Sequence record: DRR378314_2181
Length of the DNA stretch: 48,847 nt
Strand: one strand, 5' to 3'
In this document: one piece after another, positions 1 through 9,928 of the stretch
Layout of the letters: each line of letters begins with the position of its first letter
Position numbering within the stretch: the first letter of the stretch is position 1
Notes under the pieces: model-generated
Seen by the model: the letters and a program-made list of their open reading frames with translations, nothing else
The model's database searches: none
Told to the model about the DNA's origin: nothing
Made by a program: the position numbers and the translations under genes

Positions 1-2910
1 GGTCACATCGCCAGCCATATCTACCTTGCCGGTATAGGTTAGCCCAATGGCGCCCACAGCCCGAAAATCCTTGGTTGTCAGTTTTTTATTTCGATAGGTA
101 AACGGACCTTCGATGGTGGCAAATGTCATGCCGTCATTTTGCAGCAGTTCCACAATTCCGGTCAGGGAGCCAATGGTCAGAATTTTCCCAAGCACCGGCG
201 CCTTGTAAATCTTCATATTCTCAATCTTGATCTGGCCCTTCATTTCCGGTGCCAAGGAGTGGTTTGTCAGGTTCGCCGCCAGTTGCAGCTTACCCTCCTG
301 CGCGTTGTCATAGACATCCAGCGCCTTTAACAAATGCCCCGCATCATCCGCCCAGAAATCTGCCCGCCGTCCGCCGTCCGGCCGAGGCGCGATGATAAAG
401 CGGATATTGCTTATCCCTTCGAGTTTGGAAGAAATATCGGCTTTCTGGATCAGATCACCGGAATATAATAAGGCACCCTTTACATCGGTTCCAACAATGC
501 CTTCATCCAGTACGGCTTCTTTGACGAAGAAACTGGCGTTCACGGTTGGACCGGTTGGCGCAGACGCGGTGTCCTGGGTCGTCAGTTCCGCATCGCTCAG
601 CGGTTCATCTTCGGTCAGAATATACGGGCGAAGATCAATGCGATTGCCCTCTAGCGACAGGTCATACTGATCTTCCGCCGTTCGGTTAAGGGTGATCGCC
701 AGGTCATTCTGACCAAAGCGAAAACTACTGGATCGAAAATCCCGAAGCCCGGTGTCATCAAGTGTTGCCTGTGCAATCAGATTAATCCGTTCAGAGTTGA
801 GACGAATGTTACTCAGTTCGGTAAACCCACTTTTCAGACTTTGGAACTGCGCCCCGAACAACCCCCGAACCCCAACCGCTTTATGAAGATGAAGCGCGGG
901 AACATTCAAATCCGCTTCCAACAGATTAAGGGTCACAACCCCGTCAGAAGTTCCGCTTTCATGCAAGTCAACCGCCAGGGAAGCGCCAACCGACCCTTTC
1001 AGATATTCTGTGTCGAGCAGTTTCAGCTCTTTTCGGGCTTGATCACCCAGCTTGGCCACCACTTCATAGCGGCGATCGCCTTTCTTCTCACCGGTAAACC
1101 AGGATTTAAAAGAGACATCGGTCGGATTTCCACTGATAGACGCAGTTCCCTTGACCGTTAAATGAGCTGGTGTCACCTGCACCGACATATTTCCGTTGGA
1201 CAGATGTAGATCCTCATAAACATTGGGGATAAAGGCATTTTCAAAAGTGCCCTTCGCGTCATATTCCACCTGCTGCAGCTGCAGATCATCAAGCAGCGGA
1301 AAAACAAATCGGGATTCGACATTTCCGGTGCCGGTCATCTGCGCCGGGACGATGCCATAGGGCGCGGCAAGACCCAGCGGTTTATGATCCAGAAACTCAA
1401 AAATTTTCTGGCTTTCTCCTGTCACCGTCAGGGTGATATCGGCAATCTGGTCAGGCTTGTCAAAATCGTAAATCAGCACGTCCGCTGTGGGCACGTCCAG
1501 ACCATAAACCTTACCCACCAGATTAAAGATATGGATCTGCTTTTCCGTAAGGACCGCTTTTCCGACAATATCGGTCACTTTTGGCAACGGTGCGAAATAA
1601 TCGGCAGAGGCGCCGTCAATATCGAAGGCCAGCTCAATCGCGTCTTTTGGGATGTCACCGGATTTCAGGGCACCGACCGGCAGATCAACCCGGAAGGTCA
1701 CATTTCGCGCTGCACCATCGCTTATTTTCTGGGTAACCCAGTTATAGGCGTCACGAGCCGACGAATAGGGCCAATAACTGGCCAGATCCTTGACCTGCAC
1801 CTCTGGAATTGTGCCTTCGATCGACATTCCAAATCCGTCTTCGGTTTGGCGAAAAGCGCCCGTCATTTCAATGTCCGGTCCCGGGCTTTTGACAATAACC
1901 TTGTTCAGATTGACCCCGTTAAACGGCGCTTCGGTATGGCCTTGCAATTCAACCGAGTGAAGGAATATTGGTTTCTTGTAGAGATCCGGCAAATCCACCT
2001 GCCCCTCACCCGCCCGCAGATTAAAGCTGACTTTCTGAGGCTGAAACTCCGGATCAATGGAAATATCAATATTACCGCTAACCGGCAGGGTAACCCCTCG
2101 CAAAATCTTCAAATCCGGGATTTCCCGGGCCAAAAGAGGCAAGGGCAAATCCCGGACACTGGTTTGCATGACCGTCTGGCGGGTATTGCTGTTATAGGCG
2201 GCATCGAACACCAGACGAATGGTATCGTCGCCAAAGTGAGCATCACCCTGCAGGCGGCCCTGCAATCCCGTATCGCTTTTCCAGACAACCATATCGGCGG
2301 AAGTCACCCGCCAGGTTTTATTAATCCGCTCATCAGCTACGAAAAGGCCGAACTGATAGACCTCCAGGCGTTCCAGATAAGCAGTGAGGTCGGAATTGGT
2401 CTGCTTGGCCCCCATTTCCCGCAACAGATCATGGACAATGCGCGGATCCGTGGCGGACAAAACATTTTCCGCTTTTTGATCGTCCTCTTCCTGACCGTAG
2501 CTATACCCCAGTTGAACCTTGCCATCAGCGTTGCGGTTCATCACCACCTTCAGCCCGGTAAATTCAAGACCGGAGGGGGCCAAGCGGCCTTTTAACAGTG
2601 CATCGCCGCTGAAGGTGACAGTAACCGCCGGAATAAAGGCGACGGTTTCAAGCTCTTCACGGATGGACATGTTCTGAACGCCAAAGACCAGATTTTTGTC
2701 CCTCCCGTCCCAGTTCATATTCAGGTCATCAAACTGAACCGCTAATTCAGGGTATTGATCCTTCATGATCTGTTCGAGATACGGTTCCATAAATGTCAGG
2801 GAAACCGGGCCGCGGGACAAAGCCGCCACCAGGGTCGCAACGGCCACAACACCCAGCACAAGGCAGGCGATCAGGCTTCGGCTGAGAATTTTGTAAAATG
2901 TTGAAAACAA
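1..2910 (-). CDS. YhdP/AsmA-like (DUF3971) envelope protein, 3' end truncated by the window edge
   Basis: Absent from the ORF track because no stop lies in the window. Manual translation from TTG at 2910 gives MFSTFYKILSRSLIACLVLGVVAVATLVAALSRGPVSLTFMEPYLEQ (N-terminal anchor plus GPxSL). The same frame at the window edge reads AVGAIGLTYTGKVDMAGDVT. I checked both ends, not every codon between. Divergent from glnE, as is common in alphaproteobacteria. Confidence 0.85.
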   Translation of the reverse strand, partial: MFSTFYKILSRSLIACLVLGVVAVATLVAALSRGPVSLTFMEPYLEQIMKDQYPELAVQFDDLNMNWDGRDKNLVFGVQNMSIREELETVAFIPAVTVTFSGDALLKGRLAPSGLEFTGLKVVMNRNADGKVQLGYSYGQEEDDQKAENVLSATDPRIVHDLLREMGAKQTNSDLTAYLERLEVYQFGLFVADERINKTWRVTSADMVVWKSDTGLQGRLQGDAHFGDDTIRLVFDAAYNSNTRQTVMQTSVRDLPLPLLAREIPDLKILRGVTLPVSGNIDISIDPEFQPQKVSFNLRAGEGQVDLPDLYKKPIFLHSVELQGHTEAPFNGVNLNKVIVKSPGPDIEMTGAFRQTEDGFGMSIEGTIPEVQVKDLASYWPYSSARDAYNWVTQKISDGAARNVTFRVDLPVGALKSGDIPKDAIELAFDIDGASADYFAPLPKVTDIVGKAVLTEKQIHIFNLVGKVYGLDVPTADVLIYDFDKPDQIADITLTVTGESQKIFEFLDHKPLGLAAPYGIVPAQMTGTGNVESRFVFPLLDDLQLQQVEYDAKGTFENAFIPNVYEDLHLSNGNMSVQVTPAHLTVKGTASISGNPTDVSFKSWFTGEKKGDRRYEVVAKLGDQARKELKLLDTEYLKGSVGASLAVDLHESGTSDGVVTLNLLEADLNVPALHLHKAVGVRGLFGAQFQSLKSGFTELSNIRLNSERINLIAQATLDDTGLRDFRSSSFRFGQNDLAITLNRTAEDQYDLSLEGNRIDLRPYILTEDEPLSDAELTTQDTASAPTGPTVNASFFVKEAVLDEGIVGTDVKGALLYSGDLIQKADISSKLEGISNIRFIIAPRPDGGRRADFWADDAGHLLKALDVYDNAQEGKLQLAANLTNHSLAPEMKGQIKIENMKIYKAPVLGKILTIGSLTGIVELLQNDGMTFATIEGPFTYRNKKLTTKDFRAVGAIGLTYTGKVDMAGDVT

Positions 2911-3019
2911 GGCTGGTCAATCGCTTACATACTGGGACTATTCACAAAATCAGAAATGGTGCACACTGCTGTTCAAAACATGACTTCACTAACTATGACC
3001 GATTCTGGGCGCATTGAAT

Positions 3020-6004
3020 ATGTCTATGGACAAAAATTTTCCGTTTCTTTCTGAAATCGACCGTCTTCCAGCGGCCGCGCATGACACTCAGCTTGAGCTC
3101 GGACTGGAAAACTGGGCTGAAAAATCAGCTTCCGACCCAGAACTGGACACATTTGCACAACAATTGGGCAAGAGTGTGGAGGGACCAAAACTGCTTGCGG
3201 CTATTTTTGGCAACAGTCCCTTCCTCAGCCATTGCCTGATCAAGGAATCCGCTTTCTTTCAGATTTTGATCTGCGAGGGAAGCGAGGCTGCCTATCATGC
3301 CATCTTCAAGCGGATCACCGAGGACGCGGGACCAGAGACCGATGAAGCCACCCTGATGGCCGTGCTAAGATCGGCCAAACGTCAAATTGCCCTTTTGACC
3401 GCCATCTGCGATATCAGCGGGGCGTGGTCCCTGCCGCAAATCACCCGTACCCTTTCGGAGTTTGCTGGCGTGGCCGTCGATTGCTGTATCAGTCACCTGC
3501 TGCTCAAAGCGCATGAAAAGGGGGAACTTTCCCTTCCCTATCCAGAGGATCCGGTGAAAGAATGCGGGTTGATCATTCTGGGCATGGGCAAACTGGGCGC
3601 CTATGAGCTCAATTATTCCAGTGATATTGACCTGATTGTCCTGTTTGACCGGGAAAAGGTCACCTATACGGGCCGTAAATTCATGGAGGATTTCTTCCTT
3701 CGCCTGACCAAATCCATGATCCGCATGATGCAGGAACGGACCAAGGACGGGTATGTGTTTCGAACCGATCTGCGCCTACGTCCCGACCCCGGTGCCACCC
3801 CGCTTGCTCTGCCGCTGGCGGCGGCCCATACCTATTATGAAAGTCAGGGGCAAAACTGGGAACGGGCCGCCATGATCAAGGCCCGCCCAATCGCCGGCGA
3901 CAGGACCGCCGGAGAGGAGTTCGTGGACTTCTTGAGACCCTTCGTGTGGCGAAAATTCCTCGATTTCGCGGCGATTGCAGATATTCAGGCGATCAAAAGC
4001 CAGATCCATACCCATAAAGGGTTTGGAGAAATCTGCCTTGATGGGCACAACATCAAAATCGGTCGGGGAGGTATCCGGGAAATCGAGTTTTTCTGCCAGA
4101 CCCAGCAATTGATCGAAGGAGGCCGCGATCTGGATCTGCGCACGGCAGGCACAGCGGCCACCCTGAACGCATTGGTGGAGACGGGAAAGACCAGCGCTGA
4201 GGTGCGCGATGACCTGCAAAAGGCGTATGTGTTCCTTCGCACATTGGAGCATCGCCTGCAGATGATCCATGACGAGCAAACCCAGCTACTGCCCGATGAA
4301 CCAGAGGCATTAAACGCCCTGGGTGTGTTTATGGGATATGATGACCCGACGGCTTTTCGCGCGGAACTGGAGCGGACCCTGAATACCGTCAAAGGTCACT
4401 ATGATCAGCTTTTCCAGTTTGAAAAGAATGAGGAACGCACCGTTGGCAGGTTAGTCTTTACCGGGTCGGAAAACGACCCGGAGACACTGAAATCCCTTGC
4501 CGAACTTGGGTATGAGGATACAGAAAGCGTTTGCCAACTGGTGCGCGAATGGCATCATGGGCGCTACCGGGCAACCCGAACGGTGCGGGCACAACAGCTT
4601 CTGACGGCCCTGATGCCGACCATTTTGGAAGTCTTATCGCGAACGGCCAATCCCAATGCCGCCTTTACCCGATTTGACAGTTTTCTGCGCAAGCTGCCCG
4701 CCGGGGTTCAGCTTTTTTCTCTTTTCACCGCCCACCCACGACTGTTGAAACTGGTTGCCAAGATCATGGGAATGGCGCCGGAGCTGGCGGAGCGGTTGGC
4801 TGGCAATCCGTTGTTACTGGACGGAGTGCTGAGCAGTGATTTCATGGGACCCATCGCCCCGCGCGACGAACTTGCCGAAGATCTGGATCAAATGCTGGCA
4901 ACCGCACGGGATTTTCAGGATGTGCTGGATATCAGCAGACGTTGGCTGAATGATTTGAAATTTCAGGTCGGCGTTCAGATCCTGAACAATATCGATCATG
5001 GCAATCCGCTGGGTCCAACGGTAAATGCGGGAACCAGCCTGACCCTGATCGCCGAAATCGTCATGAGCCGGATCCTGCCAGCGGTTGAGGCGGAACTGTC
5101 GGGCAAACATGGATCGGTTCCAGGGGGCCGCTTTGCCGTGATCGCTGCGGGTAAACTGGGCAGTCGGGAAATGACGCCCCGATCGGATGCAGATCTGATT
5201 TTCGTTTATGATCTGGAAGCTGAGGATGTGGAAACCACTGGCCCCAAACCCATTTCCCCGGGCCTTTATTACACCCGCCTCGCCCAGCGGTTTATCAATG
5301 CGTTAAGCGCGCTTACCGGCGAAGGGCATTTATATGAGGTGGATATGCGCCTGCGCCCCCATGGCAAAGCAGGTCCACTTGCCATGCCCCTGGAGGGGTT
5401 TCGAGGATATTACCTGAAAGATGCCTGGACGTGGGAGCTGCTGGCGCTGACCCGGGCCCGCCCGATTGTCGGTGATGACACCTTGCTGGAAGACATGGCA
5501 GGTGAACTTCACCTCATTATCAGTCAACCCAAAGACCCCCAATCTTCGGCGCAGGATCTACTGGATATGCAGGCACGCATATCTGCGGCCAACTCAAAAG
5601 CTTCTATCTGGGCGCTAAAGCATCATTCTGGTGGATTGATGGATCTGGAGTTCATATGCCAACATCTGAAATTGATCCATGGCAAAAACTATCCGGATAT
5701 TCTGGTTCCGAACACCATAGAGGCTTTTCAGAAAATCACTGGAAATGACCTTATTACTCAGCAAGATGCCGACACACTGATTGACGCCATGAGCTTCTAT
5801 CTGAACCTGCAGGGACTGATCCGCCTGTCCCTTAAGGATCGAATTGTCACTGATGAAATTCCCATCGCTTTGAAAGAGGCGTTGGCCGAAGCCGGAAACG
5901 CTGACAACTTTAAAAGCCTGTGGGTGAAGGTCGAAAACACTGAAAAATCAGTCACCGAAATTTTTGAACGCCTAATCGGAAAAGCTCAAACACGCCAAAA
6001 ATAA
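3020..6004 (+). CDS. glnE: Bifunctional glutamine synthetase adenylyltransferase/deadenyltransferase
   Basis: Two nucleotidyltransferase halves: GMGKLGAYELNYSSDIDLI...RTDLRLRPDPG and GKLGSREMTPRSDADL...EVDMRLRPHG. Start could be 3014, 3020 or 3026. Confidence 0.97.
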   Translation: MSMDKNFPFLSEIDRLPAAAHDTQLELGLENWAEKSASDPELDTFAQQLGKSVEGPKLLAAIFGNSPFLSHCLIKESAFFQILICEGSEAAYHAIFKRITEDAGPETDEATLMAVLRSAKRQIALLTAICDISGAWSLPQITRTLSEFAGVAVDCCISHLLLKAHEKGELSLPYPEDPVKECGLIILGMGKLGAYELNYSSDIDLIVLFDREKVTYTGRKFMEDFFLRLTKSMIRMMQERTKDGYVFRTDLRLRPDPGATPLALPLAAAHTYYESQGQNWERAAMIKARPIAGDRTAGEEFVDFLRPFVWRKFLDFAAIADIQAIKSQIHTHKGFGEICLDGHNIKIGRGGIREIEFFCQTQQLIEGGRDLDLRTAGTAATLNALVETGKTSAEVRDDLQKAYVFLRTLEHRLQMIHDEQTQLLPDEPEALNALGVFMGYDDPTAFRAELERTLNTVKGHYDQLFQFEKNEERTVGRLVFTGSENDPETLKSLAELGYEDTESVCQLVREWHHGRYRATRTVRAQQLLTALMPTILEVLSRTANPNAAFTRFDSFLRKLPAGVQLFSLFTAHPRLLKLVAKIMGMAPELAERLAGNPLLLDGVLSSDFMGPIAPRDELAEDLDQMLATARDFQDVLDISRRWLNDLKFQVGVQILNNIDHGNPLGPTVNAGTSLTLIAEIVMSRILPAVEAELSGKHGSVPGGRFAVIAAGKLGSREMTPRSDADLIFVYDLEAEDVETTGPKPISPGLYYTRLAQRFINALSALTGEGHLYEVDMRLRPHGKAGPLAMPLEGFRGYYLKDAWTWELLALTRARPIVGDDTLLEDMAGELHLIISQPKDPQSSAQDLLDMQARISAANSKASIWALKHHSGGLMDLEFICQHLKLIHGKNYPDILVPNTIEAFQKITGNDLITQQDADTLIDAMSFYLNLQGLIRLSLKDRIVTDEIPIALKEALAEAGNADNFKSLWVKVENTEKSVTEIFERLIGKAQTRQK

Positions 6005-6062
6005 AGGCCCCCGAAGAGCTGGGGGGCTCCGGGGGCCTGACCTCTCGCCAGCGGCGAGAGGT
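6005..6062 (-). terminator. Tandem GC-rich hairpins ending in a short U tract downstream of the EF-hand gene
   Basis: Minus strand: ACCTCTCGCC-gct-GGCGAGAGGT, then AGGCCCCCG-GAGC-ccccca-GCTC-tt-CGGGGGCCT followed by TTATTTT. Lies between convergent glnE and the EF-hand gene. Confidence 0.75.
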
Positions 6063-6074
6063 TACTGCTGGGTC

Positions 6075-6308
6075 TTACTTTCTGGTTGTTGCTTTTTTAA
6101 ACTCACCCTTGGAGAGTTCGCCATCTCCGTCGGTGTCTGCGGCTTTAAACTGCGTTTCTGTCACAGTCGGCAGTGCTGTCACCAGCTCCTGCATGCTGAT
6201 AGAGCCGCTTTTATCTACGTCTACTGTTTCAAACTTCATACCTTCTGCCTGAGCAGTTACCGCTGCTAGAGTGGTCAGGGCTGCTGCTGTTGTCAGAATT
6301 TTTTTCAT
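6075..6308 (-). CDS. Small secreted EF-hand calcium-binding protein
   Basis: Signal peptide (MKKILTTAAALTTLAAVTAQA), two EF-hand loops DVDKSGSISMQE and DTDGDGELSKGE, GGAG Shine-Dalgarno. Confidence 0.9.
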   Translation of the reverse strand: MKKILTTAAALTTLAAVTAQAEGMKFETVDVDKSGSISMQELVTALPTVTETQFKAADTDGDGELSKGEFKKATTRK

Positions 6309-6549
6309 CGGTTTTCTCCAATAGATATTTTCAATTGGTAACCCATTCGATTTTCTTTTTCGTATGGATCACTGATCAAGGTTTCCCTTGCTCGAAGTAG
6401 TAGATGTCAATCGATCATGACGAAAAAAGGCCGAAACAAAGTCCCTATATTGGAGATTTTGAGGCAACAATCCGGCGAAAGGCTTGTATCCTGGGACAAC
6501 CACTGTTAAGTCAAAAACAGGTTCTGCAATAAAAAGGAAAATCAGCGTC

Positions 6550-7011
6550 ATGACAGAAGAAGGAACAGCCGTCCCGGCGTTTGAAATGCCAACAGACACA
6601 GACGGAACACTTAGCAATGAAAGCCTGAAAGGCAGCCCTTACGTCATCTACTTCTACCCCAAGGATGACACGCCCGGCTGCACCAATGAAGCCAAAGACT
6701 TTACCGCCCTGAAAGATGAATTTGACGCATTGGGTGTTAAGATCGTTGGTGTTTCCAAAGATACCATTGCCAAGCATGAAAAATTCCGGGCTAAACATGA
6801 TCTGGCCGTCAGCCTTGCCAGTGATGAAGAAGGCGGCGTCTGCGAAGCCTTTGGTGTTTGGGTGGAAAAGAACATGTATGGCCGTAAATATATGGGAATT
6901 GAACGCGCAACCTTCCTTGTTGATAAGACCGGCACTGTCCAGAAAATCTGGCGAAAAGTGAAAGTCAAAGGGCATGTGGATGCGGTTTTGGAGGCGGCGA
7001 AAGCCCTGTAA
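6550..7011 (+). CDS. bcp: Thioredoxin-dependent peroxiredoxin (BCP/PrxQ)
   Basis: YFYPKDDTPGCTNEA and GIERATF motifs. ATG at 6550 follows AAGGA. Confidence 0.95.
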   Translation: MTEEGTAVPAFEMPTDTDGTLSNESLKGSPYVIYFYPKDDTPGCTNEAKDFTALKDEFDALGVKIVGVSKDTIAKHEKFRAKHDLAVSLASDEEGGVCEAFGVWVEKNMYGRKYMGIERATFLVDKTGTVQKIWRKVKVKGHVDAVLEAAKAL

Positions 7012-7013
7012 CC

Positions 7014-7838
7014 ATGACAAGTTTGAGTGATCTGGCCCTGCAGGTTCTTGGCACTGCCGACGGGGATGAAAAAGCTGCCCTGAGCCGGCAAAATGCCGGC
7101 CTGTGGCAATCCAGTCCGGACATGCCCATTGGCCAGGCCAATCCGCCAGATCGCCCGTCCCGGCCCCTTGCACCGGCCCTGCTGTCTGCAACAGAAATGC
7201 CCCGGCGGCGCGGCTCCTCCGATAAGGCGAGAGCGACGCTTTTGCATGCCGTCTTGCATATCGAACTGAATGCGATCGATCTGGCCTGGGATATGGTGGC
7301 CCGATTTACAGATCATGATCTGCCCCGGGAATTTTATGATGACTGGGTCCGGGTCGGCGAAGAAGAAGGCAAGCATTTCCAGCTTCTGCAAGCGCGGGTT
7401 CGGGAACTGGGTTTCGCATATGGCGATTTTCCCGCGCATGACGGCTTATGGGAAGCGGCCTTTGAGACACGCGATAACCTACTGGCACGCCTTGCTGTTG
7501 TGCCTATGGTACTGGAAGCCAGAGGCCTTGATGTGACGCCCGGCATGATCACGCGATTCGCCAAAATGGAGGATCCGGCCAGCGTGAATATCCTGAAAGT
7601 TATCCTGAAAGAGGAGATCGGCCATGTTGCCGCCGGCAACCGATGGTTCCATTTTCTGTGCGGCAGGCAAAGCCTTGGCCCGCGCGATACCTGGCAAATG
7701 CTTGTCCGAAAAAACTTCAGAGGCCTTTTAAAACCCCCATTTAATGAAGATGCACGCGCTCAAGCGGACCTGCCCCCTGACTATTATCTACCGCTCAGCA
7801 AGGCCCCGGTTGAGCCAAAAGACGAGGCTAATCGCTGA
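7014..7838 (+). CDS. Ferritin-like DUF455 family protein
   Basis: LLHAVLHIELNAIDLAWD, EEGKHF, LEARGLDVTP and EEIGHV di-iron-type motifs. Confidence 0.92.
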   Translation: MTSLSDLALQVLGTADGDEKAALSRQNAGLWQSSPDMPIGQANPPDRPSRPLAPALLSATEMPRRRGSSDKARATLLHAVLHIELNAIDLAWDMVARFTDHDLPREFYDDWVRVGEEEGKHFQLLQARVRELGFAYGDFPAHDGLWEAAFETRDNLLARLAVVPMVLEARGLDVTPGMITRFAKMEDPASVNILKVILKEEIGHVAAGNRWFHFLCGRQSLGPRDTWQMLVRKNFRGLLKPPFNEDARAQADLPPDYYLPLSKAPVEPKDEANR

Positions 7839-7879
7839 ACCTGATACCCACAGGCGATCACGGACAGTTGAAGTTCCCC

Positions 7880-7894
7880 TGAAAATGGGTTTAA
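7880..7894. promoter_or_regulatory. Degenerate CtrA-type site upstream of the M23-bactofilin operon
   Basis: TGAA-aatgggt-TTAA, one mismatch to TTAA-N7-TTAA. Confidence 0.4.
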
Positions 7895-7938
7895 TAGAGG
7901 CGCACTGGGAGCATCATTGAGGGACTGTTGGGGAACTA

Positions 7939-9393
7939 ATGAAACTGAATCGGCTGTTGAATAGCGTTTTCAAACCACGCCAAATCATTGTCAGTACCGA
8001 AGGCCAACCGCATTACTACAATTTATCGAAAAAGCTGCAGATAACACTGGCAGCTGGCGGCGGCGTGATTGTGGCAGGTGTTGCCACGCTCGGCGGCTAT
8101 TCCCTGTATCAACAAACCCAGATCACTACTCAGGAACAGCAGTTGACCCTGTTGCAGGACAAAGTTCGTATGGTGTCCTCCAGCCTGCTGCATTCCAGAT
8201 CCAACCTGACGCTAACAAAGGATGAGCTGGATCGGCAATATGCCCGTCTGGAAGGGATCCTGTCCCAACGGGAAACATTGAAATCGACCCTGCAGGCGGC
8301 AACCCAGGATCTGCAGCAGACCGCACAGGTTCTCAACAGTCGGGATGAATATGCCCGGGATCTGGAAAACCGGATCCAAATGCTGTCCAGCCGACTGGAG
8401 CGGACAAACAAACGCAGTGAAGAGCTTTCGTTGACGATTACGCAGATCAACAAGGAACTCTATCAGACGGCTGAAGAGCGGGATATGCAGGTTGAAGCCA
8501 AGCATATGGCACAGAAACGTCTCACCTCGCTCAATCGCGAACTGGAGATGTTTCAGTCCACCAAAGACGAAATCTATAATGAGCTGCAAACCACCAAGCG
8601 GCGGCTGTCCAAGTTTGAGCAGAATACCCAGCAAAAAGAGCAGCTGATCACGTCCCTGAGTGATGAAGTCAAAAGCCTGCGGACGCGCATTGCGACGATC
8701 TCCAAGGAAAATAAAAACCTGATTGCCCGGGTTCATGAACAAGCCGAACAAGGCATTGTCGCCTTGAAACAGACGCTTACCCTGACCGGACTGAACCCCG
8801 AAGAGGTGCTGGCGGCCGATACGGTTACCGGGATCGGCGGCCCGTTTCATGCCCTTTCCAACCGGCAGCAGCTGTTGGATATTGAGCAGAAATATTATCA
8901 GGATGCCCAGAAGATGGAAGTCAGCCTGATGAAATGGACCACGCTGAATTCCCTGATGAAGAACATCCCCCTCGCCCGTCCGGTCGATGTGGGATATATC
9001 TCTTCCAGCTTTGGCAAGCGGCGCGATCCCATCACCAAACGAACTGCTTTTCATTCGGGCGTCGATATCAGCGGCCCCCGCAATTCTGCCATTCTGGCGA
9101 CGGCACCGGGCAAAGTCATTTTTGCCGGCTCCAGCGGCGCTTATGGCCGGATGGTTGAAATCGATCACGGACAAGGGTTCAAAACCAAATTTGCTCACCT
9201 CAAAAAGGTCCATGTGAAAAAAGGCGAAATGGTTGATTTCCGGACCAAGGTCGGAACCATGGGATCAACCGGCCGCAGTACAGGCCGCCATGTGCATTAT
9301 GAAATTATCTACAATAATGAGCATCAGAACCCGGCTAAATTTTTCAAAGCCGGCAACTATGCCTTCAAAACCAGTAGCGTGTTAGAGGAATAA
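7939..9393 (+). CDS. Membrane-anchored coiled-coil M23 peptidoglycan endopeptidase (DUF5930/LmdC-like)
   Basis: Short N-terminal cytoplasmic region, one TM helix, long heptad-rich region, C-terminal M23 with HSGVD and HVH zinc motifs. Confidence 0.92.
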   Translation: MKLNRLLNSVFKPRQIIVSTEGQPHYYNLSKKLQITLAAGGGVIVAGVATLGGYSLYQQTQITTQEQQLTLLQDKVRMVSSSLLHSRSNLTLTKDELDRQYARLEGILSQRETLKSTLQAATQDLQQTAQVLNSRDEYARDLENRIQMLSSRLERTNKRSEELSLTITQINKELYQTAEERDMQVEAKHMAQKRLTSLNRELEMFQSTKDEIYNELQTTKRRLSKFEQNTQQKEQLITSLSDEVKSLRTRIATISKENKNLIARVHEQAEQGIVALKQTLTLTGLNPEEVLAADTVTGIGGPFHALSNRQQLLDIEQKYYQDAQKMEVSLMKWTTLNSLMKNIPLARPVDVGYISSSFGKRRDPITKRTAFHSGVDISGPRNSAILATAPGKVIFAGSSGAYGRMVEIDHGQGFKTKFAHLKKVHVKKGEMVDFRTKVGTMGSTGRSTGRHVHYEIIYNNEHQNPAKFFKAGNYAFKTSSVLEE

Positions 9394-9427
9394 ACAACCC
9401 AGTCATAACCCCAAGGAGTTCACTCCC

Positions 9428-9844
9428 ATGTTTTCCAGTACTAGTGACAAAAAAATCCGCAATACGGATGAGAATATGCCTTCTGTCCTGGCAAAAGGAT
9501 TGGTCATTTCCGGAAATCTGGAATGTGATGGGGAATTACAGGTCGATGGCATTGTCGTTGGCAATATCCGCGCTAATCGCCTGACTCTTGGGGAGACATC
9601 TCACGTTACCGGCGATATCGATGTGGATAATCTGAGCATACATGGCAAGGTTGACGGGAATATCACGGCGACTGATGTAACCATTAGCGCCACCGGCCGG
9701 GTCAAAGGGGATGTGATCAATGCCTCCCTTGAAATTGAGTCTGGTGCGATTATCGACGGTCATTGCCAGCATAGCGATAATCCGCGCGGCGGCGCCGAAA
9801 CCGTTGCCCTTTTCGATAAGGACGAAGCGGCAAGTTCCGACTAA
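9428..9844 (+). CDS. Bactofilin (polymer-forming cytoskeletal protein)
   Basis: MFS N-terminus; beta-helix repeats (ISGNL, VDGIVVGNI, VTGDI, IHGKVDGNI, LEIESGAIIDG); AAGGAG Shine-Dalgarno. Confidence 0.95.
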   Translation: MFSSTSDKKIRNTDENMPSVLAKGLVISGNLECDGELQVDGIVVGNIRANRLTLGETSHVTGDIDVDNLSIHGKVDGNITATDVTISATGRVKGDVINASLEIESGAIIDGHCQHSDNPRGGAETVALFDKDEAASSD

Positions 9845-9870
9845 CGGGCCAACACCAACCCGCACGCATT

Positions 9871-9900
9871 AAAAAAGGGCCCCGTTAAAGGGCCCTTTTC
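9871..9900. terminator. Bidirectional intrinsic terminator
   Basis: AAAAAAGGGCCC-cgttaaa-GGGCCCTTTT between convergent genes. Confidence 0.9.
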
Positions 9901-9928
9901 ATATTGGAAACTCAGGCTGGCTGACGGA

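Noticed and set aside
1384-2595. 403-aa + strand ORF, and the smaller + ORFs at 139-1161
   Set aside because: Antisense shadows of the minus-strand YhdP/AsmA-like gene; no recognisable motifs.
6365-6379. FNR/FixK box
   Set aside because: Half-sites are spaced by 5 nt rather than 4, and one is imperfect.
8212-9213. 333-aa - strand ORF
   Set aside because: Shadow of the M23 peptidase gene; typical antisense composition.
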